A DNA stretch of 63,851 bases, counting the filler, from Hausera hauseri (taxonomy: Eukaryota): NCBI GenBank assembly GCA_046269625.1. It is 11 parts of 11 records of this genome, joined end to end, with 100 filler letters (N's around TTAATTAATTAA, not from the genome) between each part and the next. Parts side by side here need not be neighbours in the genome. Positions count along the whole stretch, not along the records: positions 1 to 6,082 come from JBJURY010143536.1; positions 6,183 to 10,383 come from JBJURY010703882.1; positions 10,484 to 14,791 come from JBJURY010644218.1; 8 more parts are not named here. The stretch is one strand, 5' to 3'. The notes below the pieces were generated by a model. That model was not told where the DNA came from, made no database searches, and saw nothing but the letters and a program-made list of their open reading frames with translations. The position numbers and the translations under genes are program-made. Below, piece by piece: positions 1-10,523 of this stretch. The number at the start of each line of letters is the position of its first letter. Position 1 is the stretch's first letter.

Positions 1-341
1 AGAGAAAGAGGAGAAAGGAGGTTTATTGGGAGAGGACTCCAGCAGTAAATGAGGGTAAGATTGAGTAAGATGGAAAAGCAGCAGGAAGCCACGGTGCTTT
101 GTCGGGTGTTGTTGGGTGCTGATGTAATTGAGGCTGAACCGCACACAAACGAGGTAGAGACAAAAAGGTTTGCTTGGGATTCAGCAGGCCTCGAGTCAAT
201 AAGCTTGTTGGAGAATGCTAAATGCTAAACAGCAAAGTTTCCTCCCGGTCACTACGACTGGGTAAATGGGAAAGCATAACTCAATTAACAAGACTGATGG
301 GCCTGCCATACGCGTGGTCGCTGCCCAGCTCAACTCCTACA
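1..341 (-). mobile_element. Possible LTR fragment in an intron
   Basis: Minus strand begins TGTAGG at 341 and has AATAAA at 27-22. No coding link or second copy, so this is weak. Confidence 0.2.
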
Positions 342-883
342 CATCCTAATGGCGCTAACAATGAATTCACTCGTCAACACGCACATAGAGAAACCCAAAG
401 TTTGTGTTTTTTTTTTAATGTACAAATTAATACACGAATACAAAAACAGAGAAAAGGTTTTAGAGAAAACAAAAAGTATTTATCCTTGGGAGGTAATTGA
501 AAAAACAAACAAATCTAAGCATAGACTTTAAATTTATGACCGAATATTTATTCAATTACAAGAATAAAGATGTAATAACACAAGAATAACGTAGTCCTTT
601 TATGAGAAATCCAACACAAAAAAATAGAAAACTTAAAATGAGGAATCTTTAGCGTCTTGTGTTTTGGTTTTGTAATTAAGAAAGTACTTAATCTTTTAAC
701 GCATTAGCATCAATAACTGAACTTTGAAACAATTGAGCAAACAACTGAATATTTCAAATAAACAATCACCCAGACTGAGCTGGTCTCGTCAGACCTCCAG
801 AAGCTTTTTTTTTTTCTATGTGATGATTGTTAAAGCCCGACCAGATCTCTGTTGCTGTATCTGACACACATGTCACTCTGCAG

Positions 884-1049
884 ACACAGGGGAGTCATCT
901 GCCATTACGACTTCTCAGAGGACACGCTGTCACAGGATCACGTCTTGCCCATCTGCAGGTCTGACTACATCGAATCATACGGCTACAACTACAACATTAA
1001 CCTGGCGGTGCCCTACGACAGGCTGGCTGGCTCCCGTCCATCTCACTGA
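884..1049 (+). CDS. fbxw8: Terminal coding exon of F-box/WD repeat protein 8 (vertebrate, fish-like)
   Basis: Acceptor ctctgcag ends at 883. Peptide HRGVICHYDFSEDTLSQDHVLPICRSDYIESYGYNYNINLAVPYD resembles the recalled FBXW8 C-terminus (HRGLIRAYEF...LPVCRS...YYDLALAFPY). Confidence 0.7.
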
Positions 1050-1144
1050 TGTGCAGTTTTCAACAGAGCAGATAAAACCATGATTAGGTAACAGAATGGA
1101 CAAAATGGACAGTTAAGATTCTTCATCTGCCTATTTTTTTTATT

Positions 1145-2134
1145 TTATGCGTTCTTTCGATGTATGTTCATTATCATCATCAGTTGACCTCTGTTGATGT
1201 ACGTTTCCGTTTCTAGCTGTTCGTAGTAGTTAATTAGATGTTCGTCCAAATTGATCGGCATTCGTAGATTGGGTGGTATGTTTTTCTGAATGCTTTCTAG
1301 GATCCTCTTCAATTCTGTCGGATTCACCGCGTTTCCGTTTAATCTCTTCAAAGTTGTGAGGCTTAAGATATCTTTGATGTTATTAGCGATTCTTTCAGTA
1401 CGTCTCACCAACTCTCTACATCTACCTGCGATCGATATCAACATTCCAAGCTCATTTATTTTGACTTCAAGTTCTTTAGTTGCATTTTCTACATTACTTT
1501 CCATTTCGACTAGGTACTTTTCAATTCTGGATATATGTGTGGCATATTCATTAATTTTCTTTCGGTTTTCGCCTATTTCTCGGTTGGATATATTAATTGC
1601 TGAAACTCCACGTTCGATTACATGTTTCATGATCTCGATGTTGCCGTTAATGATGTGGACACTCTGTTTTATAGTTTGTAGTTCGTCCGCCCTTGCCGTG
1701 CCAAATAGCGTATCCAAAAGGTCACCTACAAACGGTAGTATGGCTCTCTTCTCCCTACTCCTATTAAGCCAAATCAATCTGTCCTTTATATTTCTCACTT
1801 CATTTTTCCATTGTTTCACTTCCCTCTCTGACTCTAATATCAGGTTTTGAAAATGCGTGGCATCAGTCGTTTTCTGATTTTTATTACTTATATACACCCT
1901 TGCATGTAGCAATTTACTGGCATTCTCTAGTTTCTCTTCCACCTCTAGTACTTGTTCTTGAAAGTTTCGCAGTGATTGTGTAATTACCAACTTCCAGTGG
2001 GCTTTGATTTGGTGAACCTCTTTGACTTTCATAAACACCATACCTTCATATTGGAAGAAATCTTCCTTAGCTTGTGTCGAACTGACAATTATCCAGCTTG
2101 TAACAATCGTAACCATCAACTGATGTGCCTTCAT
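1145..2134 (-). CDS. env: F-type (class I fusion) envelope protein, C-terminally truncated
   Basis: Signal peptide MKAHQLMVTIVTSWIIVSSTQA, furin site RSREKR then fusion peptide AILPFVGDLLDTLFGTA, heptad repeats. No TM reached. Acceptor-like ttccacag just before the ATG at 2134. Confidence 0.85.
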   Translation of the reverse strand: MKAHQLMVTIVTSWIIVSSTQAKEDFFQYEGMVFMKVKEVHQIKAHWKLVITQSLRNFQEQVLEVEEKLENASKLLHARVYISNKNQKTTDATHFQNLILESEREVKQWKNEVRNIKDRLIWLNRSREKRAILPFVGDLLDTLFGTARADELQTIKQSVHIINGNIEIMKHVIERGVSAINISNREIGENRKKINEYATHISRIEKYLVEMESNVENATKELEVKINELGMLISIAGRCRELVRRTERIANNIKDILSLTTLKRLNGNAVNPTELKRILESIQKNIPPNLRMPINLDEHLINYYEQLETETYINRGQLMMIMNIHRKNA

Positions 2135-2170
2135 TGTTTCCTGTGGAATTATACATCCCCGCAATTACTA

Positions 2171-4580
2171 TCATGTTAACTTCAACATAGTCTGCATAAA
2201 CAATTTCATCATACTTTCTGCTTTGTCTACTACTGCTATCTGCCCGGTTTGGCCTTTGCTCAGTGACTTGTCTTCTACTTCCCCGTTTTCTGTTTCTCCA
2301 TCTTCTTTTTGGCTCTGACTGGCCTGTGTTTTCTGCTTCATACTTTTCGTCACTACATCACATGGGGATTCTTTTTTTCTGACGACTTCCGTCAACTGCT
2401 TCCTTAGCTTGGTTATGGTCTCCGTTTTCTCTGCGTTTTCCCTTTCTAATTTGGTGGAGTGGTCTTCTGCTTCTCTTATCCTCGCTTCCCTTTCCTTTAC
2501 TCTACCCTGTAGTTTACTAATTTCCATATCTGCTTTCCGTTTATCTTCGGTCAATTTCCCAACAATTTCCTTTATATCCTTAACTTCTTTGTCTTTTCTA
2601 TCTACTGTCTTATGTACTTCTTCTATACAAGCTTCCGCTTGCCTTCTTTCCCTTTCCTGTTTCCTCCTAATTTCTTCGGCCTTTTTCATATACATTCTTC
2701 TCAACTCTGCTTGTCTTGTGACTTTTGCTCGGGGCTCATCCTCTGTCGATGTGCCTGAACCACGAAGTCTTTTTAACCTTTTCACCATCTGATCTACTTC
2801 TGATGTTTCCGTCTCCGTGTCGCCCACTAAGGTATCTGAACTATTATCATCCGGTAGCGGGTGGTCTTCTGGTTCACCTTGTGTTTCTTCATCATCTCCG
2901 TAGGCTTCTTGTGCTTCTCTTCTTTCACGATCTTCCAGGCGTCTTTTCCTTTCTAATATCGGCATGTCACTTTCTTCCGACGAATTACTTCTTATAGTTC
3001 TTCTTCTTTTCAGTTGTTGGGCACGTGCTTCTTCAAATCTTCTTCTTGCTGCCGCTCTGGTGTTCTGAAAAGGTGCCGACGTATTAGTTCCTCTGTCTAC
3101 TTTCGGTTCGGTCTCCCTTCTCGTTCGGTATGGGACTACTATTTCGTACCGTGTATCACTTTCGTCTTCTTCTTCCGACGTTTCCTCGTTGCTTCGGCTT
3201 GTTTCTGTTGAAGTTTCTGACTTACTTCCTTCTCTTGGTGGTACTACGTATCTCGATTTACGTATACTCCTACATTCTACTTTAGGTTCTTCTGGAAACC
3301 TTCGATCATCTTTTCTTAATTGACTCGTGGTAGTCGTTGCTTCATGCCCTGTCTGTTGATTGACTACTACGTAAGTTATTGGTCCCTTCTTTTCAAGTAT
3401 CTTGTAGCCAGGAAGCCAATTGTTTTCGAGCTTCGAACTTTTCTTGTTCTTACGATAATACACTTTGTCTCCAACCTCAAATTCTTGCTGTACTGTCTTT
3501 GGATCACTATACTTTTTCCTTCGCTGAAACGCCTCTCTCAAATTTCTACTGACTTTCACGGTGATTTCATGTAACTTCTGTAATAGATATTGATGAAATT
3601 CCTCTCCCTGATATTTGAGTCTTGGTTTTAGTAGGTTGTCTATGGGGAGAATTGGTTCCCTACCAAATAACATTTCAAATGGAGAGTATTTCCTGCTACC
3701 GTTTTCCATTATCCTCACTACCATCGCTGCCTGTCCTAGGTATAAGTCCCATTCTTTCGGTTGGTCTTGGGTGTGCTTTGCTATGACATCGTACAACGTG
3801 GAGTGCTGTCTTTCATTTATACCGTTTGCTCCAGGGTTGTACACCGATGTTCTTACATGTTTGACGTTCAATTCCTTCAGCGTCTCTTTCATCACGTGGT
3901 TTACAAACTCGCGACCGTTATCTGTTACGATTATTCTCGGACATCCGTATCGCGTTATAAATTTTCCTACCAAAATATCCACTATGTTCTCTGCTGTTTT
4001 GTCCGGTACGGCGTACAGCTCCGGCCATCCACTGTAGATGTCTACTATGTGTAGAATGTATTTATTCCCTGAGGCCGTTAATGGGTGGGGTCCGGAAAGA
4101 TCAAGGCTTACTTTTTCTATCGGAAACCTCGCATAATCTGGTTCTTGAATTGGGTGTTTTAGTATTTCCATATTTCTTAGTTTACAGGCTTCACAGTTCT
4201 TGATGTAGTTTCCAATTTCCTGCAACATGTTTTTCCAGTAGTATTTTCTGCTTATCAGCTCCGTTGTTCGGTCTCTTCCAAGATGTCCCACTTTGTCATG
4301 ATGTTGTTGTATCACCCATTTCTTCATGTAATGCGGTATACATAATTGAAAGTTTCTTTTTCCTTCACCTCCAACTCGATATAGGTCTTCATTGTCCAAC
4401 ATAAACTTTTTCCACTTCTTTAATTTTTCCTCCACACCTGATTTTAAGTCTTCAATGATATTGCGCAGCTCTTCGTCTTTTTGTTGTTCTTCTCTCATAT
4501 TTACTTTATTTTCATCTTCCCCACTGGGTTCTGCTTCTGATTCTTCTGTTTTGTCTCCTATTTCTTCGGTTTGAATCGAC
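2171..4580 (-). CDS. pol: Gypsy integrase with about 370-aa charged/coiled-coil C-terminal extension
   Basis: HHDKVGH...CEAC zinc finger, SLDLSGP, TDNGREF, NGINER (DDE), GPY/F-like region. Frameshifted relative to RT-RH near 4575. Confidence 0.92.
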
Positions 4581-6080
4581 TGCCGCAATTTGTAACGTAT
4601 GTTCGTCGATTTCCGGTGTGCCTTCTTCTGTGGTCTCTTCTTGTTGTTCCTCAGAGTTACTTTTGCCCGGTATTCTGGACAGTAAATCAGCAATAGTGTT
4701 CTGTGGCCCCGGGATATACTCTATATTCATGTTGTATCCCTGCAGGTTTAAAATCCAAGGTTGGATTCTCTTATTCTGTACATCCGCTCTCATCATTGCC
4801 TTCAGTGGCATATGGTCAGTTTTAATCGTAAATTTACTGTTATGGAGATAAAAGTTCAGCTTTTGCAAAGCGTAATGTATCGCATAAGCTTCCTTCTCCG
4901 TCACCGACCACTTTCTTTGGGATTTTGTTAATCTGTGAGACAGGAAGTAGATTGGTTTTTCCTTGTTAACTTTCTTCCCTTGCACTATTTCTTCGCCATC
5001 TTCCTGGGCCAGTACTGCTCCCACTGCGAACTCTGAAGCGTCTGTGTACAGTACATATTCCTTGTTTGTATTAGGGTACATTAACAAAGGTACTACAGTC
5101 AGACTTTCTTTTAAATATTCAAACGCTCTCTGGCAGTTCTCCTCCCAACGGAACCTGGCAAACTTCCTCGTCAATGCCACTAATGGCTCGGCTATCACCG
5201 AAAAGTTTGGGATAAACCTCCGGTAGTATCCACACGTTCCGAGGAATCCGCGCACTTCTTTGGTAGTTTTCGGTGCTGCCATTGACCTGATGGCCATTAC
5301 TTTTTCACTGTCGGGTTTCACCCCTTGCCTGGTTATTACGAACCCTAAATACTTCGTCTCCTCCTTCAGGAACTCGCATTTGCTTAATTTTAACTTCACC
5401 TTATGTTCCCTCAACCTGTTGAATACTTTTGCCACATGTTCTAGATGGTCTTGTACATCACCCTTGGTAAAGATCAGTATGTCGTCTATATATGCCAGGG
5501 CATACGCCTGCATCCCTTCCAGCACTATGTTCATAAGAGACATGTAGGTCGCTGGTGATCCTTTTAGGCCAAAAGGCATCACATTCCAAGCGTATAGGCC
5601 TGTATGTGTGCAAAATGCGCTTTTTTCTTTTGCCTCTGGAGACATGGGTATACACCAGAAACCAGACCTCGCATCCAGCGTCGTAAAATATGTAGTTCCG
5701 TCTAGCAATCCCAATATGTCGTCAATTAACGGCATAGGGTAACTTACGTTGCTAGTGATAGCATTCAATGCCCTGAAATCCACGCAACATCTGTGGCTGC
5801 CATCTTTCTTCGACACTATTACGACTGGGAAAGACCATTCTGATCGTGTACGTTTGATGATGCCCGCTCGTAACATTTCTTCTACCGCTTCCTCTACTAC
5901 TTCTCTATTCCCAAGCGGCGTTCGATATGGCTTCAGACTTATGGGTGTATGGTCTCCCGTCTCAATTTTCATCATTACTGTCTGAGTCCGCCCGAGCTCC
6001 ATGTCCGCTATGGCGAAAACATCGGAATGTTTTCTCACAAAATTCTCTATATAAGCCTTATGTTTCTCCTCTACTTTCAA
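4512..6080 (-). CDS. pol: Gypsy reverse transcriptase and RNase H
   Basis: CVDFRALN, LDARSGFW, MPFGLK, YIDD, YTDAS, TDH, ADLLSR motifs. Confidence 0.95.
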   Translation of the reverse strand: MKVEEKHKAYIENFVRKHSDVFAIADMELGRTQTVMMKIETGDHTPISLKPYRTPLGNREVVEEAVEEMLRAGIIKRTRSEWSFPVVIVSKKDGSHRCCVDFRALNAITSNVSYPMPLIDDILGLLDGTTYFTTLDARSGFWCIPMSPEAKEKSAFCTHTGLYAWNVMPFGLKGSPATYMSLMNIVLEGMQAYALAYIDDILIFTKGDVQDHLEHVAKVFNRLREHKVKLKLSKCEFLKEETKYLGFVITRQGVKPDSEKVMAIRSMAAPKTTKEVRGFLGTCGYYRRFIPNFSVIAEPLVALTRKFARFRWEENCQRAFEYLKESLTVVPLLMYPNTNKEYVLYTDASEFAVGAVLAQEDGEEIVQGKKVNKEKPIYFLSHRLTKSQRKWSVTEKEAYAIHYALQKLNFYLHNSKFTIKTDHMPLKAMMRADVQNKRIQPWILNLQGYNMNIEYIPGPQNTIADLLSRIPGKSNSEEQQEETTEEGTPEIDEHTLQIAAVDSNRRNRRQNRRIRSRTQWGR

Positions 6081-6082
6081 CG

Positions 6083-6182
6083 NNNNNNNNNNNNNNNNNN
6101 NNNNNNNNNNNNNNNNNNNNNNNNNNTTAATTAATTAANNNNNNNNNNNNNNNNNNNNNNNNNNNNNNNNNNNNNNNNNNNN
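6083..6182. other. Artificial contig linker (N run with TTAATTAATTAA six-frame stop)
   Basis: Identical 100-nt linkers also at 10384-10483, 14792-14891, 18905-19004, 23021-23120, 27284-27383, 41669-41768, 49589-49688, 54276-54375 and 59501-59600. Adjacent contigs are unrelated. Confidence 0.99.
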
Positions 6183-6599
6183 ATTACCACACGTTACTTC
6201 ACCAATAAAAGGAAAATACTCACGTAAAGTATAATAGTCGTCGTAGAGAAATCAGTTCAAACAATGAAAGTCGTTCAGAACTAATTTTTTGTTCTGATTT
6301 GTCATAAAATATGTACAGTATTTATAGTCTTTTAACACCCGATCCATTAAATAATGTCAATATCAAAATTTACATAACATGGGCAGAAAATTAAAAGTCA
6401 ATTTATTTTACTGTCACAATTTGCAATTATTGGGGCAGACGACGTTCCAGAAATGCAGGTAATTGATCAGTAGAGGTTTATTTATTTGTATTCAATTTAT
6501 TTTCAATTTAGAGCCAGTTTAGAATTCGATCAGATAAGTAGGTTTTGTTTATTTATTTGCTTTTTAATTTAGTTTGGTTAGTGTTTGATTAGAGTTCGA

Positions 6600-7438
6600 T
6601 CAATTCCGACGGGGGTTCGAAGAAGATTGCCCCGAATTTTCATTGATTAATGTCATTGAACGAAATATAGTTTTTCCAGATGATGATTTATATCGAAGGC
6701 CATCGGGCACATAAATTTCGCCATCCACCAATATCTCTTCCTCTATTTCGATCCTTCTTCTTTTCGATGATGGTTCCTTTGGTCTTATTAAGACCCTGTC
6801 GGAGGCCGTTGTATCGTCTATTATTTCGTCATTCCATCGTAATGTTTTGTACAAGGCATGGTAGCATTGTACCAATGCCATACTGCGGAGTGGCATTCCC
6901 TTCATTTCGTAAAACTTCTTAGCCAACTCCTTATAGGTTCTGGTTTCCAACTTGTACGTTCGAATTATGTCCTCGTGATACAAAAGATCACGTACACCCA
7001 TAATTCGACGCATAGGACAGAGGAGATGTTTCCGTAACATCTCCAAGACTCCGGCTCCAACCACTACTTTGTCATTGAGGATGGCAGAAATTTTCTGGTA
7101 GAACATATTCGCATCTGTTTGGTTGTTGATGTTGTTTTCACTGAGCCCGGTTAAGTGGGAATCAAAGTTATTAATTCTCTGTCGAGGGGTAATCAGGGTG
7201 TAATATATAATGTCTCCTTGGAGATTTGCCACTGAACATTCGATGGGTACCAACTGATTATATTGATCATAGGCTAGATTAACTGCCACTATCACAATGT
7301 CCTCTTCTGTTATTTGAGATACTCGCCGATATGCTTTCTCTGTATATTTCAGGTAATCTGGCTCTGTTAAATTAAAACATCTTCCTTGGGGCGGTTTCGT
7401 CCATATTAGTTCCGCCTTTATTAATTCAAAGTAATTTT
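6600..7438 (-). CDS. REX4/ISG20-like DEDDh exonuclease homologue with degenerate catalytic residues
   Basis: IVAVNLAY...CSVANLQGDIIYYTLITPRQRINNFDSHLTGL...ILNDKVVVG...GVRDL...YKELAKKFY parallels the REX4 motifs VALDCEM/RVSIVN/YVKP..VTDYRT.VSGI/ILVGH/IRDT/LK.LA. The frame is open from about 7438; the true start is uncertain. Confidence 0.7.
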
Positions 7439-7938
7439 CCTATTTGTATACTTTACATTTATAGAAATTAGGCTAGATTGAGTTACTATTTGGTTAATTT
7501 CTACAATGGTTGATTTGATTTTAACAGTGGTCTCCTCGGTTGACGCGCTGGCAGTGAATATTTGACGCATTTTTATTGGAATCATTTTCTAATCGGCTCT
7601 AAAACTTCTAAGTTTGATACTTTTCCGCATTTTTGACAAAAAGTATCATATAGATCAAAACATATTTAGTAAAATTTTCCCTCTGACTTTACAACATGTT
7701 TCAATTCTATATGAATTCAATTCGCAATATCATATACCTCCTGGTTTATCGTTTTCAACGCAGTAGAATCTAATACTAATTGCTCTAAATTTCGGTAAAG
7801 GTTTCCTATTTCTTACTTCCACGCAGCTTTGTCCATGCTTAACACCTAAAAAATTTTCAGTCATCATTTTAGTTTCGTTTTTTGTGCTTCTGATCATTTC
7901 ATTTTGTGTTAAACCATCCATTTCGCTTCCTGTTGGTA

Positions 7939-8298
7939 TTAATGTTTAGTTCCGGATGTAGATTTGCTTGTAATGTCATACGTGTACGAACATGAATATG
8001 ATAAACATAATTTCTTCCATAAATATATTTGACAACATTTTTGTGGTCTTTTCTTTATCAATATGCAACGTGGTAGCTGGCGTGCTATTGAGTCATATTT
8101 ATTTCCCATAAATCGTACCTCTATATTTGCAAATCCAACTGTTGGATTATCTTCGGGTGACCTGAACACTATGCATGGTTTCGATAGGTCTAATCTAACT
8201 AACTCTATCCCCTTAGCAATTTTATCATCTTGTCCTTGTTCATCGACTGTCCCTGCATCTGTTCTTTGCACGGCGGATGCAATTATCATTAAAACCAC
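7939..8298 (-). pseudogene. Decayed ORF with hydrophobic N-terminus downstream of integrase (possible env remnant)
   Basis: Signal-peptide-like IIVVLMIIASAV..DAG and cysteines, in the env position. Frameshifted, family not recognised. Confidence 0.35.
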
Positions 8299-8457
8299 TA
8301 TTATCTGTAAGTATGGAGTTGATCGTGTCGTTATAGAGGCTATTTTATGAGGTTCGTTTTCGTACCGTTTTTAAGTTCTCCTAAATTATATTTCTTTTGT
8401 GGTTTAATATCTGTCTTCAATACTTTTTTTATTGAAACAACTTCTTTTCCATTTTTA

Positions 8458-9230
8458 TTAATATACACCGTAGTGGGCGTTATCCTGACAATCTCGTAAG
8501 GTCCTATTCCCGTACGTATGAGCTTTAACGAGGTGCCTTTTAGCTACGGGGTAATGCACATAAACCCAATCTCCGTTTCTTAAATCGTGCGGTTTTGCCT
8601 TGTCGTACTGCTTCTTAAATCCTTCTTGGTATTCTAATGATAGTGTCTTCGCTACTTCCCAACACTTTTGCAGTCTGACTTGTAGAACTTCTACAAAATT
8701 TGGTTTTAGCTCTTCAATGTTTGTTTTATACGGAATCATTCTTAAGTCCTTAGGTAATGCTGCTTCTCGTCCGTACATCATGAAGAACGGTGTAAATCCT
8801 ATCGAGGGATGTCTTGTTGTATTGATGGCGAATTGTGTGCCTTCTAGAAATTTATCCCAATCCTTCTGATCCTTTGCGACTACGGTTGACAGTATTCGTA
8901 TCACAGTGGCATTCATACTCAACCATTCCATTACATTGGGGTGGTAAGCTGTCGTAGTTAATTTCGAATATTTTCGTAATTTTATCGAATAGTTCGCTGG
9001 TGAAGTTTCTCCCTCAATCAGTTAGTATCTGATCGGGCTGTCCGTATCTACAAATAATTTTTCTTACTACAGCTTCGGCTAATGTTTCTGCATTTTGATC
9101 ATATAACGCTACTAACTCTACGAAGTGAGTTAAACGATCGACGCATGTTAGTATATATCTGTTATTTCTGTGCGTCGTGGGTAATGGTTTTACGATGTCC
9201 ATTGACATGGCTTGCACCCTTTTTTGCTGA
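8458..9230 (-). pseudogene. pol: Gypsy integrase core and C-terminus, frameshifted
   Basis: SMDIVKPLP, RYILTCVDRLT, RYGQPDQILTD, TTAYHP, KDWDKFL, GFTPFFMMYGRE. Confidence 0.9.
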
Positions 9231-9461
9231 NNNNNNNNNNTGAGCCCAGTCGAATGCTGAAAAAATGAGTTGAACTGACTCAATTTTTCGACATATAAAA
9301 AGGTATTTTTTATAATAACAGAAAGTTAAACAATGATTGTAATGTCATCATCTTTATCTCTTCCATCATCATCACTGGTACTATTACCGGAATCATCTGG
9401 ACAATCATTTTCACATGTGCATTCTAAGTTAAGAGGTTGATCATAACATTTTCGCCACGCA

Positions 9462-10028
9462 TCACTCTCCTGGGAATTTTGTATTGGACTGTGCGGTGAA
9501 TCTGTAAAGAATTAAATCTTTTATCCATGAGCAAACGAAATCTCTTGGTTTAAATAAATGAAATAGTGATAAACACATAGTACATGGATTTATATTCATA
9601 TCCTCACTTGTTGCAGGTTTTTCCGATGCATTTAGGATAGCTCGATGTAAATTGTCACATATTTGTTTCACAGTTGGATTGCATTTCGGCGAATGTTTCC
9701 AAATATCATCACATTGAATGGCATTTATTTGGCCTTTAACATACATGCAGTCGGCAATTTTGTTTGTTGATGAAAATACTTGATACGCACGTATCTCTGT
9801 CATACATAATGTTTGTAAATCTGATACGCAATTACGTATATGAACCAGCGGGCTATGTTCCTCAGGTGGCAGATGCCATCGAATTCGTACGTGGCATAAG
9901 AAATCATCCAAGGCTTCTAGAATGGCATGTTGCCTTACTAGTGAAATCATTAATTCATTCCAGTGCTTAAGGTATTTTTTGGTTCCATATATGTTACAAA
10001 TAATGAATATTGAAAATTTATATCTCAA
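9462..10028 (-). CDS. Hypothetical Cys/His-rich ORF, beyond a 10-N scaffold gap
   Basis: 188-aa ORF with no recognised motif. Confidence 0.25.
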   Translation of the reverse strand: MRYKFSIFIICNIYGTKKYLKHWNELMISLVRQHAILEALDDFLCHVRIRWHLPPEEHSPLVHIRNCVSDLQTLCMTEIRAYQVFSSTNKIADCMYVKGQINAIQCDDIWKHSPKCNPTVKQICDNLHRAILNASEKPATSEDMNINPCTMCLSLFHLFKPRDFVCSWIKDLILYRFTAQSNTKFPGE

Positions 10029-10523
10029 GTGTTACTAAAAATAGAACAAAGAAATGAGTCACGAATCGTTTATTTACAATATTTCACGTTAGTTTATGAT
10101 TGAACCAGGTGGTATTTGTAGTCCATCGTACGCCAACGAATGGAAATCAACAATATTGTTCTGTAGGAAATTGTCTCTTGGTCTGCTTGTGTGATATAGC
10201 ATAAACATGCCTAGATTATAAACTAAGCTCCGTTTAATGCAGGCCTCTTTTTGTATGAGGTCTAATTTTGGTCAAAAATTGGCTTCTGAGTTGTAAGTGA
10301 ATATGACTGGGCATGTAGATGGCGCTGTAACAGATTTAAAAAGGCCTCGAATACTCCGTTGGTCGTATCTGTGGTTACTCTGTNNNNNNNNNNNNNNNNN
10401 NNNNNNNNNNNNNNNNNNNNNNNNNNNTTAATTAATTAANNNNNNNNNNNNNNNNNNNNNNNNNNNNNNNNNNNNNNNNNNNNTTGTTTAAACCGAAAGA
10501 GCACCGATTGTTTGGACGTGCGT

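Larger units (their letters stand above)
1145..6082 (-). mobile_element. env-bearing Ty3/Gypsy (errantivirus-like) LTR retroelement, partial
   Basis: RT-RNaseH-IN order followed by an F-type env. Truncated by the contig end at 5' and by host sequence at 3'. Confidence 0.9.

Noticed and set aside
4512-4693. Programmed frameshift between RNase H and integrase
   Set aside because: No convincing slippery site or structure. A single indel or sequencing error is simpler.
1290-5985. Plus-strand ORFs opposite env/pol
   Set aside because: Antisense shadows of A-rich coding sequence with no motifs.
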